A stretch of 36,513 bases of DNA from a virus (lineage: Duplodnaviria; Caudoviricetes), in IMG/VR virus record IMGVR_UViG_3300023174_000377, positions 1-36,513 of that record; one strand, 5' to 3'. Below, piece after piece: positions 9,985-19,435 of this stretch; position 1 is the stretch's first letter, and every line of letters begins with the position of its first letter. The notes under the pieces were generated by a model. The model had not been told where the DNA came from. It was given only the letters and a program-made list of their open reading frames with translations, and ran no database searches. Position numbers and translations under genes: made by a program.

Positions 9985-10746
9985 ATGACTTGGGTAAAAA
10001 TTGATGATTCGTTTCCCGACCATCCAAAGATAAAAGGATTGAAGGATGATGAGTTCAGGTTGTATATGACGGCTCTTTGTTATGCGAGCCGCTATCTAAC
10101 TGACGGCGTAATCCCATTGAACATCGTGCGAACTTTCATCGAATCTCGCTCCAAGTCGTCTCGAATCTCTGCTCTAGTTGATGCGAACCTTTGGGAAATC
10201 GTGGCAGATAACATAGTCATTTTGTCCTACTCAGAGTATCAATTTACTAAGGAAAGAATAGAAACCGAGCGTAAATTAGCCGCTGAGCGGATGGCTAAGT
10301 CAAGAGGGTTACGGCGAACAGAAACCGTAACAGATGGCGAAGTTCAACCGCCCCATACCCATCCCATACCCATACCCATACCCATACCAATAAAAGATAT
10401 AAAGATAGCGAATCCTTCGGATTCTGAGTTCAATTTGTTTTGGGCTATCTATCCAAGGAAAGAAGCAAAAGGCGCAGCAAGGACAGCATTTATCAAAGCC
10501 TGTAAAAAGGCTTCAGTTGATGCCATTATTGAGGGAGCAAAGAGATTCGCTTTAGACCCTAACCGTCAGGCTGAGTTCACGGCTCACGCATCCACTTGGC
10601 TAAATCAAGAGCGCTGGACAGATATGCCTCTGCCACAGCGAGGCAACGGGATGACACGCACCGAGAATTCAGTCATGCGGGCGCTTGAGATTGCCGAGAA
10701 GTTTAGTGCTGAAGAAGGAAGGGCGATAGATAATGAACCGTTCTGA
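9985..10746 (+). CDS. Phage replication initiator (RepA-like)
   Basis: MTWVKIDD.F.DHPK N-terminus, PIPIPIP linker, FW.IYPRK.AK..A and HASTWLNQERW C-terminal domain. Confidence 0.75.
   Translation: MTWVKIDDSFPDHPKIKGLKDDEFRLYMTALCYASRYLTDGVIPLNIVRTFIESRSKSSRISALVDANLWEIVADNIVILSYSEYQFTKERIETERKLAAERMAKSRGLRRTETVTDGEVQPPHTHPIPIPIPIPIKDIKIANPSDSEFNLFWAIYPRKEAKGAARTAFIKACKKASVDAIIEGAKRFALDPNRQAEFTAHASTWLNQERWTDMPLPQRGNGMTRTENSVMRALEIAEKFSAEEGRAIDNEPF
10351..10388 (+). repeat. Imperfect tandem CCCATA hexamer repeat encoding the PIPIPIP linker
   Basis: About 6 copies visible in the sequence. Confidence 0.6.
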
Positions 10747-11128
10747 GGTAGCCCAACTTTTTGCATACGCGTGCCTTTTTGATGGTCGCCTTCAAGCCGA
10801 TGAGGGAAAAATCCTTGCATGGGATTCTGCCCTATTACCTGACATGACTTTTGAGTTCGCAAAATATTTTGTGTCGGTGCATTACATGAAGGAGGAAAAG
10901 GTGATTGCTCCCGTATATTTCAACAAAGAGTGGGTGCGACAGAGACAGAATGAAAGAGACCGTCAAGCGACCCAGCGCTATATGTTGGAGTTGGAGGAGA
11001 CTTTTTCAAAAGCGGCAAGCCCTGAGCAAGTGAACTTTTATTTATCTCAGATTCGAGAAACATTAGCGAAAGGTAAATCAAGTGCTGATATGGCAGATGG
11101 TGGCGGAGAGGTGGCATCTGACCTATGA
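10733..11128 (+). CDS. Putative helicase loader/inhibitor-like protein
   Basis: Follows Rep; MNRSEVA.L....FDGR.....AW...L pattern. Confidence 0.45.
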   Translation: MNRSEVAQLFAYACLFDGRLQADEGKILAWDSALLPDMTFEFAKYFVSVHYMKEEKVIAPVYFNKEWVRQRQNERDRQATQRYMLELEETFSKAASPEQVNFYLSQIRETLAKGKSSADMADGGGEVASDL

Positions 11129-11235
11129 GGATATTCCGATTTGCAGATTGGCTTCGATTACGGCGCTACAAACGAGCGAACATATCTGCTCTGGTTGCAC
11201 AGAATCTTTGGCGAACGCGAGACTCCAATGGCTAA
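11125..11235 (+). CDS. Small basic hypothetical protein (36 aa)
   Basis: ATGA overlap with the upstream stop; fills the gap before the HNH gene. Confidence 0.35.
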   Translation: MRIFRFADWLRLRRYKRANISALVAQNLWRTRDSNG

Positions 11236-11614
11236 ACCTAAACTCAAAGTAGGCGATGAGGTTCGCTTCACCGTTTTCGTTAGAGCCAATTACCGATGCG
11301 AAAAGTGCGGAGGCATGGGTGATTATTTTGGCTGGTCAGTTCACCATAGAGTTGCAAGAAAAATGGGTGGCTCTCGTAACGAGCAATTGCATTTTCCCGC
11401 TAACTTGATTCTTCTTTGTGGCTCGGGAGTTACTGGGTGTCATGGATGGGTTGAGTCTTATCGAGATAAGGCTAGGGAGCGAGGATTCTTGCTCACTAAA
11501 GTTGAATCCGCCGAGGAAATTCCTTTCATTGACGATAACGGTAAAGCGTGGAAAATCTTCAATGACGGGGAGAAATGGGAATTCGACAGGAGTTCAGGTG
11601 ACCCTTATCTTTAA
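11228..11614 (+). CDS. HNH endonuclease
   Basis: CEKCG, HHR..RKMGG, NLILLCGSG.TGCHGWVE motifs. Confidence 0.85.
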   Translation: MAKPKLKVGDEVRFTVFVRANYRCEKCGGMGDYFGWSVHHRVARKMGGSRNEQLHFPANLILLCGSGVTGCHGWVESYRDKARERGFLLTKVESAEEIPFIDDNGKAWKIFNDGEKWEFDRSSGDPYL

Positions 11615-11617
11615 GCC

Positions 11618-12025
11618 ATGGATTGCCTATGCAGAACCGATGAACATGAACAACTCGTCTACCGCCTTGAGTTGGCGCAACGCCCTTGGACAACCAACGG
11701 GGAACGCGCTGGCAATAGGTGGGAACGCGCTGAGTTGGTTAAGACATGGCGCTCAGCGTTTCATGTATTGGCTAAATCCGAAAAGATTCCTGAGATGGAG
11801 TGGATTTCAGTTACCGTGGAGCCTCACCAAAAGGGAGGTCGCTTACAGGATGTAGGCGCTTGCAACCCAGCAGTAAAAGCGGCAATTGACGGAATCGTTG
11901 ATGCAGGTGTTTTACCAGATGACTCATCTAAGTTTATGAAATCTCTGATATTTCTACCCCCGCAAAACGATAGGAACTCATTAGTTTTATACATCAGAGG
12001 GGCAAAGAAAGAGAGGAAAGTATGA
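11618..12025 (+). CDS. rusA: RusA-like Holliday junction resolvase
   Basis: D.....PAVKAAIDGIVDAGVLPDDS motif. Leaderless context (TATCTT-N6-ATG). Confidence 0.8.
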   Translation: MDCLCRTDEHEQLVYRLELAQRPWTTNGERAGNRWERAELVKTWRSAFHVLAKSEKIPEMEWISVTVEPHQKGGRLQDVGACNPAVKAAIDGIVDAGVLPDDSSKFMKSLIFLPPQNDRNSLVLYIRGAKKERKV

Positions 12026-12222
12026 ACTGGAACTTAATATTGACTGTAGTAGGATTATTTACTACTCTTGTATTATTCGCACCTATCTTCATTGCTTACG
12101 CACTTGCTTATCACAAAGCAAGAATGAGCGCAGAGTTAGAGGCGATTAGAGAAAACAAAAGGATGTTCCATCCAAGCAATGACGACATCAATTGGGAAGA
12201 AATCTTCGAAGGAGAGAAATAA
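12022..12222 (+). CDS. Small membrane protein
   Basis: N-terminal TM helix; GAGAGG RBS. Confidence 0.6.
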   Translation: MNWNLILTVVGLFTTLVLFAPIFIAYALAYHKARMSAELEAIRENKRMFHPSNDDINWEEIFEGEK

Positions 12223-12521
12223 TGAGCGATGTACAGACAGCAGAACAATTAGATGGTCGTGGTTTAGATGAAGTTCGTTTGCTTACAAACGCAATGCGAG
12301 AACACCAGAACCAGATTTCAGATTTAGGTAAACGCCGCAAGCAGTTGATTCTGCGACTGCGTAAACAGCGCATCACATATCGAGAGATTGCAGATGCCAT
12401 GGGAGTTTCAGAGCAGTTAATTTACAAAATCATCCGCAACGATATTGACCGAGCGCCCGTCTATGACGAGGCTGGAAATCTAGTACGCCGTAGAGGTCGC
12501 CCAGCAAAACCAGCGCTGTAA
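12222..12521 (+). CDS. HTH DNA-binding protein with C-terminal AT-hook-like RRGRP
   Basis: ITYREIADAMGVSEQLIYKII HTH; RRRGRPAKP tail. Confidence 0.75.
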   Translation: MSDVQTAEQLDGRGLDEVRLLTNAMREHQNQISDLGKRRKQLILRLRKQRITYREIADAMGVSEQLIYKIIRNDIDRAPVYDEAGNLVRRRGRPAKPAL

Positions 12522-12525
12522 TTCT

Positions 12526-13716
12526 ATGAAAGCCAATATCCAAACTGGCAATATCCAAAGCGTTTCAATCGGCTCGCTTACCGCGTATCCGACAAATCCG
12601 AGGCGAGGAGACATAGATGCCATTGCATCATCGCTTACTGCTCATGGTCAATATCGCCCTATCGTGGTTCAAGCGAGTACCAAGTTTGTTCTTGCAGGTA
12701 ATCACACCCTTAAAGCGGCTAAGAAACTTGGCTGGAAAAAGATAAAAGCAGTTCTCGTTGATGTAGACGAGGACACGGCTAAGAAGATAGTTCTAGCAGA
12801 TAACCGATTAACTGACCTTGCTGGATATAACGAGCCACTTCTCAAAAGCCTCTTGCAAGCGCTCCCTGAGTTGGATGGCACAGGATTTACTGCATCTGAG
12901 GTTGAGACTTTAGACCGCCTTATCTCTGGAGACCAGAAAGAATCTATAGGCGGCAACACTCTCAAAGATGACCCAGAGGTAAAGATTGCTGCATGGAAGT
13001 TTACAGTTGAGCAGGAAGCCTACGATGCGTGGAAAGAGCAACTTTACGATGAGTTCGGAAAGACTAAGAGCAAAGCAAATGCTGGGATTAAACAGCGCCT
13101 CGGATTTCCAGAGCGCATCATGGAAAAGCCAGAACGGATTGAGGAGCGCTCCGAGAGTTCACCCAAGGATGTTGAAACCGTATCGGTGAATGAAATCCAG
13201 ACACACCCGCTGAATCCGCGTGAAGGCGACATCGGAGCAATCATTGAGTCTCTTTCAACCATGGGGCAGTACAGACCAATCGTGGTCAATCGCCCTACGA
13301 AGCATTGCGTATCGGGAAATCACACACTCCAAGCAGCAGTTCAATTAGGCTGGGAGAAGATAGCGGTGCATTGGATTGATGTAGACGATATTGAGGAAAT
13401 CAAAATCCTTATCGTGGACAACCGCACTTCAGACTTAGCCACTTATGATTCTGGAGACTTAAATAAGTTACTGACCAGTACGAGTACCAAAGGAACAGGA
13501 TTCTCAAAGGAAGAAGTAGCCGAGATTCTTTCAGGAGGAAAGACTAAGCCTGGGCATAGCCCGATTGGTCGAACCAACATCCGAGTAGGCACACACTCCA
13601 TGAGAGTTCACAGCGAAGATTTGAATACATGGGCAAACACGATATATGGTTGGTCTGACATTGCTGAGTTGCTCGGCATACCGTTAGAGGCTTGCACAAC
13701 AGAGGAGCAAGAATGA
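12526..13716 (+). CDS. Protein with two ParB/Srx N-terminal-type domains
   Basis: The NPR.GDI.AI..SL...GQYRPIVV......GNHTL.AA..LGW.KI...DNR..DLA block occurs twice. Confidence 0.85.
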   Translation: MKANIQTGNIQSVSIGSLTAYPTNPRRGDIDAIASSLTAHGQYRPIVVQASTKFVLAGNHTLKAAKKLGWKKIKAVLVDVDEDTAKKIVLADNRLTDLAGYNEPLLKSLLQALPELDGTGFTASEVETLDRLISGDQKESIGGNTLKDDPEVKIAAWKFTVEQEAYDAWKEQLYDEFGKTKSKANAGIKQRLGFPERIMEKPERIEERSESSPKDVETVSVNEIQTHPLNPREGDIGAIIESLSTMGQYRPIVVNRPTKHCVSGNHTLQAAVQLGWEKIAVHWIDVDDIEEIKILIVDNRTSDLATYDSGDLNKLLTSTSTKGTGFSKEEVAEILSGGKTKPGHSPIGRTNIRVGTHSMRVHSEDLNTWANTIYGWSDIAELLGIPLEACTTEEQE

Positions 13717-14399
13717 CAGTCAAATATTTATTGACTAATGGCAATAGGGAACTAAAGGTGGATGGAATCTTCACTTGGTCAATTCCAGCGCTCGCCACAA
13801 AACTATCCAACGGCAAGAATTTTCTAACTTGCCCAAACGCGGGAGTCTGCGCCAATCTATGTTATGCCCGTTCAGGCACCTATAACTTTTCAAATGTAAA
13901 AGCGGCTCATGTTCGCAATCTTGAATTGACCTTAGATAATCCTGAAGAATGGAAAACTAGGGTGAGCGATGAGTTGAAAGCAAAGCGTTACCAAGGGGGT
14001 AAATCGGTAAGAATTCACGATGCGGGTGATTTCTATTCCGAATCGTATTTCTTACTGTGGATGGATATTGCTAAAGAAAATCCTCATGTGTTCTTCTACG
14101 CTTACACAAAAGAGGTTGCAATGGTCAAGCGCCATGAGTTGCCATCAAACTTTGTGGTCATCTTCTCAATGGGCGGTACTCAAGACCACTTGGTAGATAA
14201 AGAGAATGACCGTCATGCAGATGTCTTTCCATCCTTGGAAGCACTTGAAGAAGCGGGATATTCAGACCAAGGCAGTTCCGACCTTTTAGCCGCAACTTTG
14301 CCTACGAATAAAATCGGCATCGTGGTCAATAACATCCCTCACCTAAAAAAGAAGCAGGGTCAGGAGACCTTCGCCAGCCTCCAAGTTATTAGAGGGTAG
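13713..14399 (+). CDS. Gp88-like protein (Cys-cluster, radical-SAM-like)
   Basis: TCP.AG.C...CYA, VRIHDAGDFYS and FYAYTK motifs. Confidence 0.75.
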   Translation: MTVKYLLTNGNRELKVDGIFTWSIPALATKLSNGKNFLTCPNAGVCANLCYARSGTYNFSNVKAAHVRNLELTLDNPEEWKTRVSDELKAKRYQGGKSVRIHDAGDFYSESYFLLWMDIAKENPHVFFYAYTKEVAMVKRHELPSNFVVIFSMGGTQDHLVDKENDRHADVFPSLEALEEAGYSDQGSSDLLAATLPTNKIGIVVNNIPHLKKKQGQETFASLQVIRG

Positions 14400-14408
14400 A
14401 ATAAACCA

Positions 14409-14915
14409 ATGGCGGTAGCAAAGACACAACCCAAGGTTCCAGCGAAGAAAACGGCTGGGCGTAAAACAGCGCTACTTCAACCTGACCTAGAACAAAACAT
14501 CCTTGATTACATTCGGATTGGAACACCTGTTCGAGTTGCTGTTACATCGGCTGGAGTATCTGAGCAGACTTTTTATTCTTGGATAAATCGTGGATTAGCA
14601 GAACGAGAAAGATTAAAACTGGTTAAAGATGCAAAATCTAATTCAACCGAAGTTGTATTTCTTCAATTTCTTGAGTCTGTCGAACGGGCGAAAGCAGAGG
14701 CTATAACCAAAAAGGTTGCAGTCATAGCAAAGAGCGGTAACGATGGTGATTGGAGAGCAGCGGCATGGTGGCTAGAGCGCCAGATGCCAGAGGAGTTCGG
14801 AAAGACCGATAGGGTCGAGATTGGTGGAACCAATGGGGAACCGATTAAGATACAGGTTGAAATAGGCGACCTTGAAAACAAGATTGCGAAAGTCTTAGCG
14901 ATACGAAAGAAGTAA
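14409..14915 (+). CDS. terS: Terminase small subunit
   Basis: HTH (AGVSEQTFYSW) and DWRAAAWWLER motif; directly upstream of TerL; leaderless (TAGAAT-N6-ATG). Confidence 0.75.
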   Translation: MAVAKTQPKVPAKKTAGRKTALLQPDLEQNILDYIRIGTPVRVAVTSAGVSEQTFYSWINRGLAERERLKLVKDAKSNSTEVVFLQFLESVERAKAEAITKKVAVIAKSGNDGDWRAAAWWLERQMPEEFGKTDRVEIGGTNGEPIKIQVEIGDLENKIAKVLAIRKK

Positions 14916-14918
14916 ACA

Positions 14919-16517
14919 ATGGGTGAACGGCTCGTAGACCTCGTTCTCAATGCCACGCCCGAGGAACGCGCAAAGATTTATCTCTCGCTTAATGATGATG
15001 AGAAGTATGCGCTATCGGTGATTCTTGATGCTGAGATAACAAACCCTTGGGCTAGATATGAACACGACCCAGTTGGCTTTGTTGAGGAAGGCTTGGGCGA
15101 AACGCTTTGGTCTAAACAGCGCGAGATTCTAAATTCAATCCGAGACAATAAGAGAACCACAGTTCCCGCTTGCCACGCTCCAGGTAAATCGCACTTAGCG
15201 GCTAGAGCCGTTGCATGGTGGATAGCAGTTCACCCGCCTGGCACCGCTATCGCTATCACGACAGCGACAACTTTTAAGCAGGTGCGAAACATTATGTGGG
15301 CGCAGATTCGCCGAGTTCACATGGCTCACAATCTGCCAGGAGAAATCCTCACGACTGAATGGAAAATGGATGACACGGTAGTTGCCTACGGATTTAGACC
15401 AGCCGATAACAATGAAGCGGCAGTTCAAGGTATCCACGCGCCTCATCTGCTCGTAGTAGTGGATGAGGCTGGAGGTTTATCGGACAAGATTGGCTCAGCC
15501 CTTGAAGCGCTTATGACGGGTGGACACACACGCCTTCTCGTATTGGGAAACCCACCGACAGACCAAGAGCAGACATGGTTCGAGCGCATCTGCAATTCGC
15601 CAATCTATGCAAACATCCCTATCGGGGCTTATGACACCCCTAACTTTACGGGTGAGGAAACTGGTCAATGTCGCAGTTGCCCACCCCATGTAGAGGCTCA
15701 CGCAGTCTCTACGCACCTAGTAGACCAAAGTTGGGTGGATGATGTAATCAGCGAGTTCGGAGAAGATTCTCCATTCGTTGAAGCCCGTGTAAATGCCAGA
15801 TTCCCACAAACGGGAACAGGAAAGGTTATTCCCTACCATTGGGCAGAATCGGCTACACAGAATGAAGATTATCTCGAATCCAGCGTTATCCGTCTCGGAG
15901 TTGATATTGCATCCGATGGCGGAGATGAATTCGTAATTGCAAGGGCAGACGGATACAGAGTTTCAATCGTGCATCGCTCATCTGGCAAGGCTAATGCGAA
16001 CGCAGTTGATGTCGCTGGAGTAATCATTGGCGAGATTGAGAAATCAGTTGCCGAGCATAAAACTAGAAATGTTAGCGATATGGTGCGGGTCAAAATTGAC
16101 ACGATTGGCGTGGGCTGGGGAGTTGTCTCATTACTAGACCGCTGGGTTAAAGAGCGAGGATTGCGAGCGCTAGTAATCGGGGTCAATGTTGCAGAGAGAC
16201 CGAAAGACCAAACTAAGTTCAAAAATCAACGCGCCGAGATGTGGTGGAATACCCGCTCCATGCTCCAACCCAAAGAGGAGAAGCAAGAGATTCGCCTAGA
16301 TGTAGACCGACCAGTTCTAGCCCAGTTGGCAGGTCCAACATTCAAATCAGATTCATCGGGTCGCATCTTGATTGAATCTAAAGTAGACATGAAGAAGCGA
16401 GGAGTTCATTCTCCAGACCGTGCTGAAGCAATTCTCCTCGCCCTTTACGAGAATAAGACTGTGCATGAGCCAATCTCGCCTTTATCTTTTACGCAGTCGA
16501 ATCCTTGGACACCATGA
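14919..16517 (+). CDS. terL: Terminase large subunit
   Basis: Walker A-like ACHAPGKS, Walker B VVVDEA, GNP, nuclease LGVDIA and SPDRAEA motifs. Confidence 0.92.
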   Translation: MGERLVDLVLNATPEERAKIYLSLNDDEKYALSVILDAEITNPWARYEHDPVGFVEEGLGETLWSKQREILNSIRDNKRTTVPACHAPGKSHLAARAVAWWIAVHPPGTAIAITTATTFKQVRNIMWAQIRRVHMAHNLPGEILTTEWKMDDTVVAYGFRPADNNEAAVQGIHAPHLLVVVDEAGGLSDKIGSALEALMTGGHTRLLVLGNPPTDQEQTWFERICNSPIYANIPIGAYDTPNFTGEETGQCRSCPPHVEAHAVSTHLVDQSWVDDVISEFGEDSPFVEARVNARFPQTGTGKVIPYHWAESATQNEDYLESSVIRLGVDIASDGGDEFVIARADGYRVSIVHRSSGKANANAVDVAGVIIGEIEKSVAEHKTRNVSDMVRVKIDTIGVGWGVVSLLDRWVKERGLRALVIGVNVAERPKDQTKFKNQRAEMWWNTRSMLQPKEEKQEIRLDVDRPVLAQLAGPTFKSDSSGRILIESKVDMKKRGVHSPDRAEAILLALYENKTVHEPISPLSFTQSNPWTP

Positions 16518-16915
16518 GAAATTACAGTTTTGATTTAACTTATCAGTTAGGGCTAGGGGCTGAACGCGTTGTAGATGCTTTCTTTAAGGGCGATAAAGCA
16601 AACATTGAAGTCAAAAGAGATATGCGCTGGCTCGACACGGGTAATTTATTTATTGAAACCCATTGTTATTATCAACAAAGCGGAAAGTATGAAGAATCAG
16701 GAATTCTCGTAACCACGGCAACAAGTTGGGTTTTTGTAATGGGTCAGGCTAAGTTAGCGATTCCACCCGATGTCATACTGACTTTGATTAAACGCCCAGA
16801 TTCCAAAAGGGTACCTAATAACAACGGCTTAAACCCGACTTGGGGCAACCTTCTAAATGTAGCCTCAACACTTAAATACTTGCAAGAACTAGGCAGAGCA
16901 GATGGAGAAATTTAA
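16514..16915 (+). CDS. PD-(D/E)XK-like nuclease
   Basis: IEVKRD.....TGNLFIE....SGI..T.A..W pattern; ATGA overlap with terL. Confidence 0.55.
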   Translation: MRNYSFDLTYQLGLGAERVVDAFFKGDKANIEVKRDMRWLDTGNLFIETHCYYQQSGKYEESGILVTTATSWVFVMGQAKLAIPPDVILTLIKRPDSKRVPNNNGLNPTWGNLLNVASTLKYLQELGRADGEI

Positions 16916-16919
16916 GTCT

Positions 16920-17096
16920 CTAGACTGACTTAAAAATCTTTCTCCATCTTTTAACTATTACTCTAGCCTTTTCTAACCCGTACTTATTGTGCAACATCTG
17001 GCATTGCCTGAGAGTTAATCCGTTTTGAGGGTGCGATGAGGAAAGAATTTCTGTGCCATATTCAGCCACAAGGTCATCTAATATCTCGTCAGACAC
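16920..17096 (-). CDS. Hypothetical protein (58 aa)
   Basis: GTG start overlaps the upstream gene end; reads MSDEILDDLVAEYG...KIFKSV. Confidence 0.45.
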   Translation of the reverse strand: MSDEILDDLVAEYGTEILSSSHPQNGLTLRQCQMLHNKYGLEKARVIVKRWRKIFKSV

Positions 17097-17487
17097 CTAA
17101 AAAGTCCACTTCTATTTTTTTGTCGTAGACAGTTTCGTAGAGCAAGCGCCCATCTTCCCAGTCTGACCAATCTCCGTCAGAGGTAACAACTACTTGAGAG
17201 CCGAGCGATTGCTTGAGATGAATAAGGATTGCAGTTACAACGGTATCGTAAGGTTTTTGTGCAGTTTTGCAGAAGTTAAAACCAATATCTTCTGAAGTAA
17301 TCACAAAAACTTCGTGACTATCAGCGCCTACGCCATTGATATAGATTGCCGACTCCGCTGAATTATCTTCAAGCAGAATTCCTGCTTCTGTAGCAGTTTC
17401 AATAATTTGGCGAGCGCCTTGTAGGAATTCATCCCACTTAGATTGCTCAATTCCGTTTTCTATTGTCCAGTAGTGTGTGTATCCCAT
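17089..17487 (-). CDS. Conserved phage hypothetical protein
   Basis: MGYTHYW...FCKTAQKPYD...SDG motifs; GAGAGG RBS. Confidence 0.75.
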   Translation of the reverse strand: MGYTHYWTIENGIEQSKWDEFLQGARQIIETATEAGILLEDNSAESAIYINGVGADSHEVFVITSEDIGFNFCKTAQKPYDTVVTAILIHLKQSLGSQVVVTSDGDWSDWEDGRLLYETVYDKKIEVDFLGV

Positions 17488-17658
17488 TTATTTAACCTCT
17501 CTTAGTAAATTAGTTGAAAAGCCCCACTCAAGTTTTCTTTCGTGTTCTTTAATGTGCCTATCGGATGCTTGGCAAGCCTTATTGAACACCAAGAAATTAC
17601 CGCGTTTGCCACAATCGCAAGTCCATCGAAAGTATTCAGTTTCAAATGTAACAGCCAT
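17488..17658 (-). CDS. Small Zn-binding hypothetical protein
   Basis: MAVTFE..WTCDCG...H...H; GAGAGGA RBS. Confidence 0.6.
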   Translation of the reverse strand: MAVTFETEYFRWTCDCGKRGNFLVFNKACQASDRHIKEHERKLEWGFSTNLLREVK

Positions 17659-17672
17659 TTTATTTCCTCTCG

Positions 17673-18080
17673 TTAGTGTGTGTGACTTGCTTCTTTTGGC
17701 TTTCCATCCCATAACTTAGCGTGTGAGAAAGAGTTCAACGAGACATAATAAATCTCGTCAGCATCCCAACTAAAATACTGAATCTTCTTGCGCTGGATTG
17801 GGTGAGTTTTAGTGATGTAAGCATTTACATTGCCAAACTCATCTGGAACATCATTCCAGTTTCTTACCTGATAATCTGAAGAATCAGTTGGCACAACCTT
17901 TTCATGCGCCCAGCCTGTAACTTCTACAATCTTTGAACGAACTTCTTGAATCCACACAGAGAACTCGCTGACCTTAACCACCTTGAAATACTCAATGTTG
18001 GTCTGGTCGTAGCCCCATGATGAGTAAAGAATATCGCCCACCTTTGGTTGGACCTTGACCTTTTCGATTGTTTGTGTCAT
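17673..18080 (-). CDS. Conserved phage hypothetical protein
   Basis: VGDILYSSWGYDQTNIEYFKV motif; GAGGAGG RBS. Confidence 0.75.
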   Translation of the reverse strand: MTQTIEKVKVQPKVGDILYSSWGYDQTNIEYFKVVKVSEFSVWIQEVRSKIVEVTGWAHEKVVPTDSSDYQVRNWNDVPDEFGNVNAYITKTHPIQRKKIQYFSWDADEIYYVSLNSFSHAKLWDGKPKEASHTH

Positions 18081-18230
18081 TTACTTTCCTCCTCTAGTAA
18101 ATACGCCACCGATTTCGCGGCGCTTGGTTTCAGTTGCCCAGCACTTTCCGCAGACCACGAAGAATTGATGTCCGTAGCCTTCCTTGAAGATATTAAATTC
18201 TGCTCCGCAGTCGTCACAAGTCTTAATCAT
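18081..18230 (-). CDS. Zn-ribbon microprotein (49 aa)
   Basis: MIKTCDDC...CGKC; AGAGAGGGG RBS; first gene after a promoter. Confidence 0.65.
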   Translation of the reverse strand: MIKTCDDCGAEFNIFKEGYGHQFFVVCGKCWATETKRREIGGVFTRGGK

Positions 18231-18258
18231 TTTGCATCCCCTCTCTAGGAACAATCTA

Positions 18259-18277
18259 ATTATATCATACTGGGGTT
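18259..18277 (-). promoter_or_regulatory. Early promoter with AACCCCAGT box
   Basis: Minus strand reads AACCCCAGTA-TGA-TATAAT (extended -10). Confidence 0.6.
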
Positions 18278-18284
18278 GGTTATT

Positions 18285-18599
18285 CTACTTCTTTAACCTA
18301 ACTTGGGAAACTTTTATTCCGTGAGCCTTGGCATATTCTCTCTTTGCCTCGACAAGAATCTCGCGGTTTTCTTTTGCATCAGCAGCGATAGATAAGAAAG
18401 CAACCACATTGGCAAGGCTCTGGGCGACCTCTAAATCGTCTCCAGCATCGTAGAGAGCCAACCATTCAAGCGCTCTCCATAAGTCGCCCTTAGATGGGGC
18501 TACAGGCTTTACATCGCCACGGAAAAGGTAGTTATCTACAGTTCCCTCGTCAGCGGATATTTGAGTTTTCCACTCGAAGTTTTTGTAAACAGCGCTCAC
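18285..18599 (-). CDS. Hypothetical protein
   Basis: GTG start (GTGA overlap) after GGGAGG; 104 aa. Confidence 0.65.
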   Translation of the reverse strand: MSAVYKNFEWKTQISADEGTVDNYLFRGDVKPVAPSKGDLWRALEWLALYDAGDDLEVAQSLANVVAFLSIAADAKENREILVEAKREYAKAHGIKVSQVRLKK

Positions 18600-18730
18600 T
18601 TGAACCTCCCGACCTTGACGATGCTTTCCCATTCCTTCTGGAATTGGATTCCATAGCACTTCACACAGACCTGCTTTGGGAACACTTCAAACTTTTCAAT
18701 TTGAACCCCACATTTCACGCAGATTTCCAT
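18596..18730 (-). CDS. Zn-ribbon microprotein (44 aa)
   Basis: MEICVKC...VCVKC; GAGAGAGGAG RBS. Confidence 0.65.
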   Translation of the reverse strand: MEICVKCGVQIEKFEVFPKQVCVKCYGIQFQKEWESIVKVGRFK

Positions 18731-18755
18731 GGTCACTCCTCTCTCTTACATACCA

Positions 18756-18784
18756 AGTATACCACACGGGGGTTGTATATTCAA
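18756..18784 (-). promoter_or_regulatory. Early promoter with box variant
   Basis: TTGAAT-N17 (containing AACCCCCGT)-TATACT. Confidence 0.65.
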
Positions 18785-18794
18785 ACCAAGACAT

Positions 18795-18810
18795 TCGAAC
18801 AGATGTTCGC
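18795..18810. promoter_or_regulatory. LexA (SOS) box, actinobacterial type
   Basis: TCGAAC-AGAT-GTTCGC versus consensus TCGAAC-N4-GTTCGA; intergenic, between divergent promoters. Confidence 0.65.
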
Positions 18811-18826
18811 CTGATACCCTTGGGCT

Positions 18827-19246
18827 ATGTCTCTTACACCAGCGTTCGTCACACTCTTGAAGGCTTCATGCCCAACCGCGACACAGGATGTAGGAGCCAA
18901 CCTTAAAAACCGCAAGAAAGCCATAGACAAGGCAAATTACGGTCCACTTAACCCATCAGAGCCAAATGAGGATTTCTGGGCTGAGACGGCTAAAGAGTGG
19001 GATGTGCCAGTTGCCGAGGCTAAGAAACAGCGATGCGGAAATTGCGCGGCATTTATCCAGACATCTGCGATGCTTGAGTGCATTAAGGGCGGATTGGCTC
19101 AGGGCGATAATGCTAAAAATGCCTACGATGTAGCCGAGGCTGGTGAGTTGGGATATTGCGAAGCATTTGATTTCAAATGTGCATCTCGGAGAACTTGCCG
19201 AGCCTGGATTGTTGGCGGTCCAATTACAGATAAGAAGAAAAAATAA
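18827..19246 (+). CDS. Cys-rich protein (possible Fe-S or metal binding)
   Basis: CGNCAAF...GYCEAFDFKCASRRTCRAW; leaderless (TGaTACCCT-N6-ATG). Confidence 0.7.
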   Translation: MSLTPAFVTLLKASCPTATQDVGANLKNRKKAIDKANYGPLNPSEPNEDFWAETAKEWDVPVAEAKKQRCGNCAAFIQTSAMLECIKGGLAQGDNAKNAYDVAEAGELGYCEAFDFKCASRRTCRAWIVGGPITDKKKK

Positions 19247-19434
19247 TGGCTAGAATTATTAAAGTTGGCGATGGCATCACAGTCAAAACGACCTCTGGGC
19301 GATTCCGCCACGCAATTGTCAAAACAGTAACTAACCAAAATTCCTTGACAGTTTCAATAGGAAAAGGCACAGCCTTTGCGGTTACCCGCGCCTCAGTATC
19401 TTCTCTTACCCGAACCACACAGTTCGTTCAATAA
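19246..19434 (+). CDS. Small basic beta-rich hypothetical protein
   Basis: 62 aa, TAATG-coupled to the upstream gene. Confidence 0.55.
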   Translation: MARIIKVGDGITVKTTSGRFRHAIVKTVTNQNSLTVSIGKGTAFAVTRASVSSLTRTTQFVQ

Positions 19435-19435
19435 C

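Noticed and set aside
10351-10388. CCCATA repeats as replication iterons
   Set aside because: They are explained by the Pro-x linker common in this Rep family; there is no independent evidence for an origin.
15660-15720. CRSC..H...H insert in TerL as an intein
   Set aside because: It is far too short and has no intein terminal motifs; at most a small metal-binding loop.
19411-19426. CGAAC-N6-GTTCG as a second SOS box
   Set aside because: The spacer is 6 nt rather than 4, and the site lies inside a coding region.
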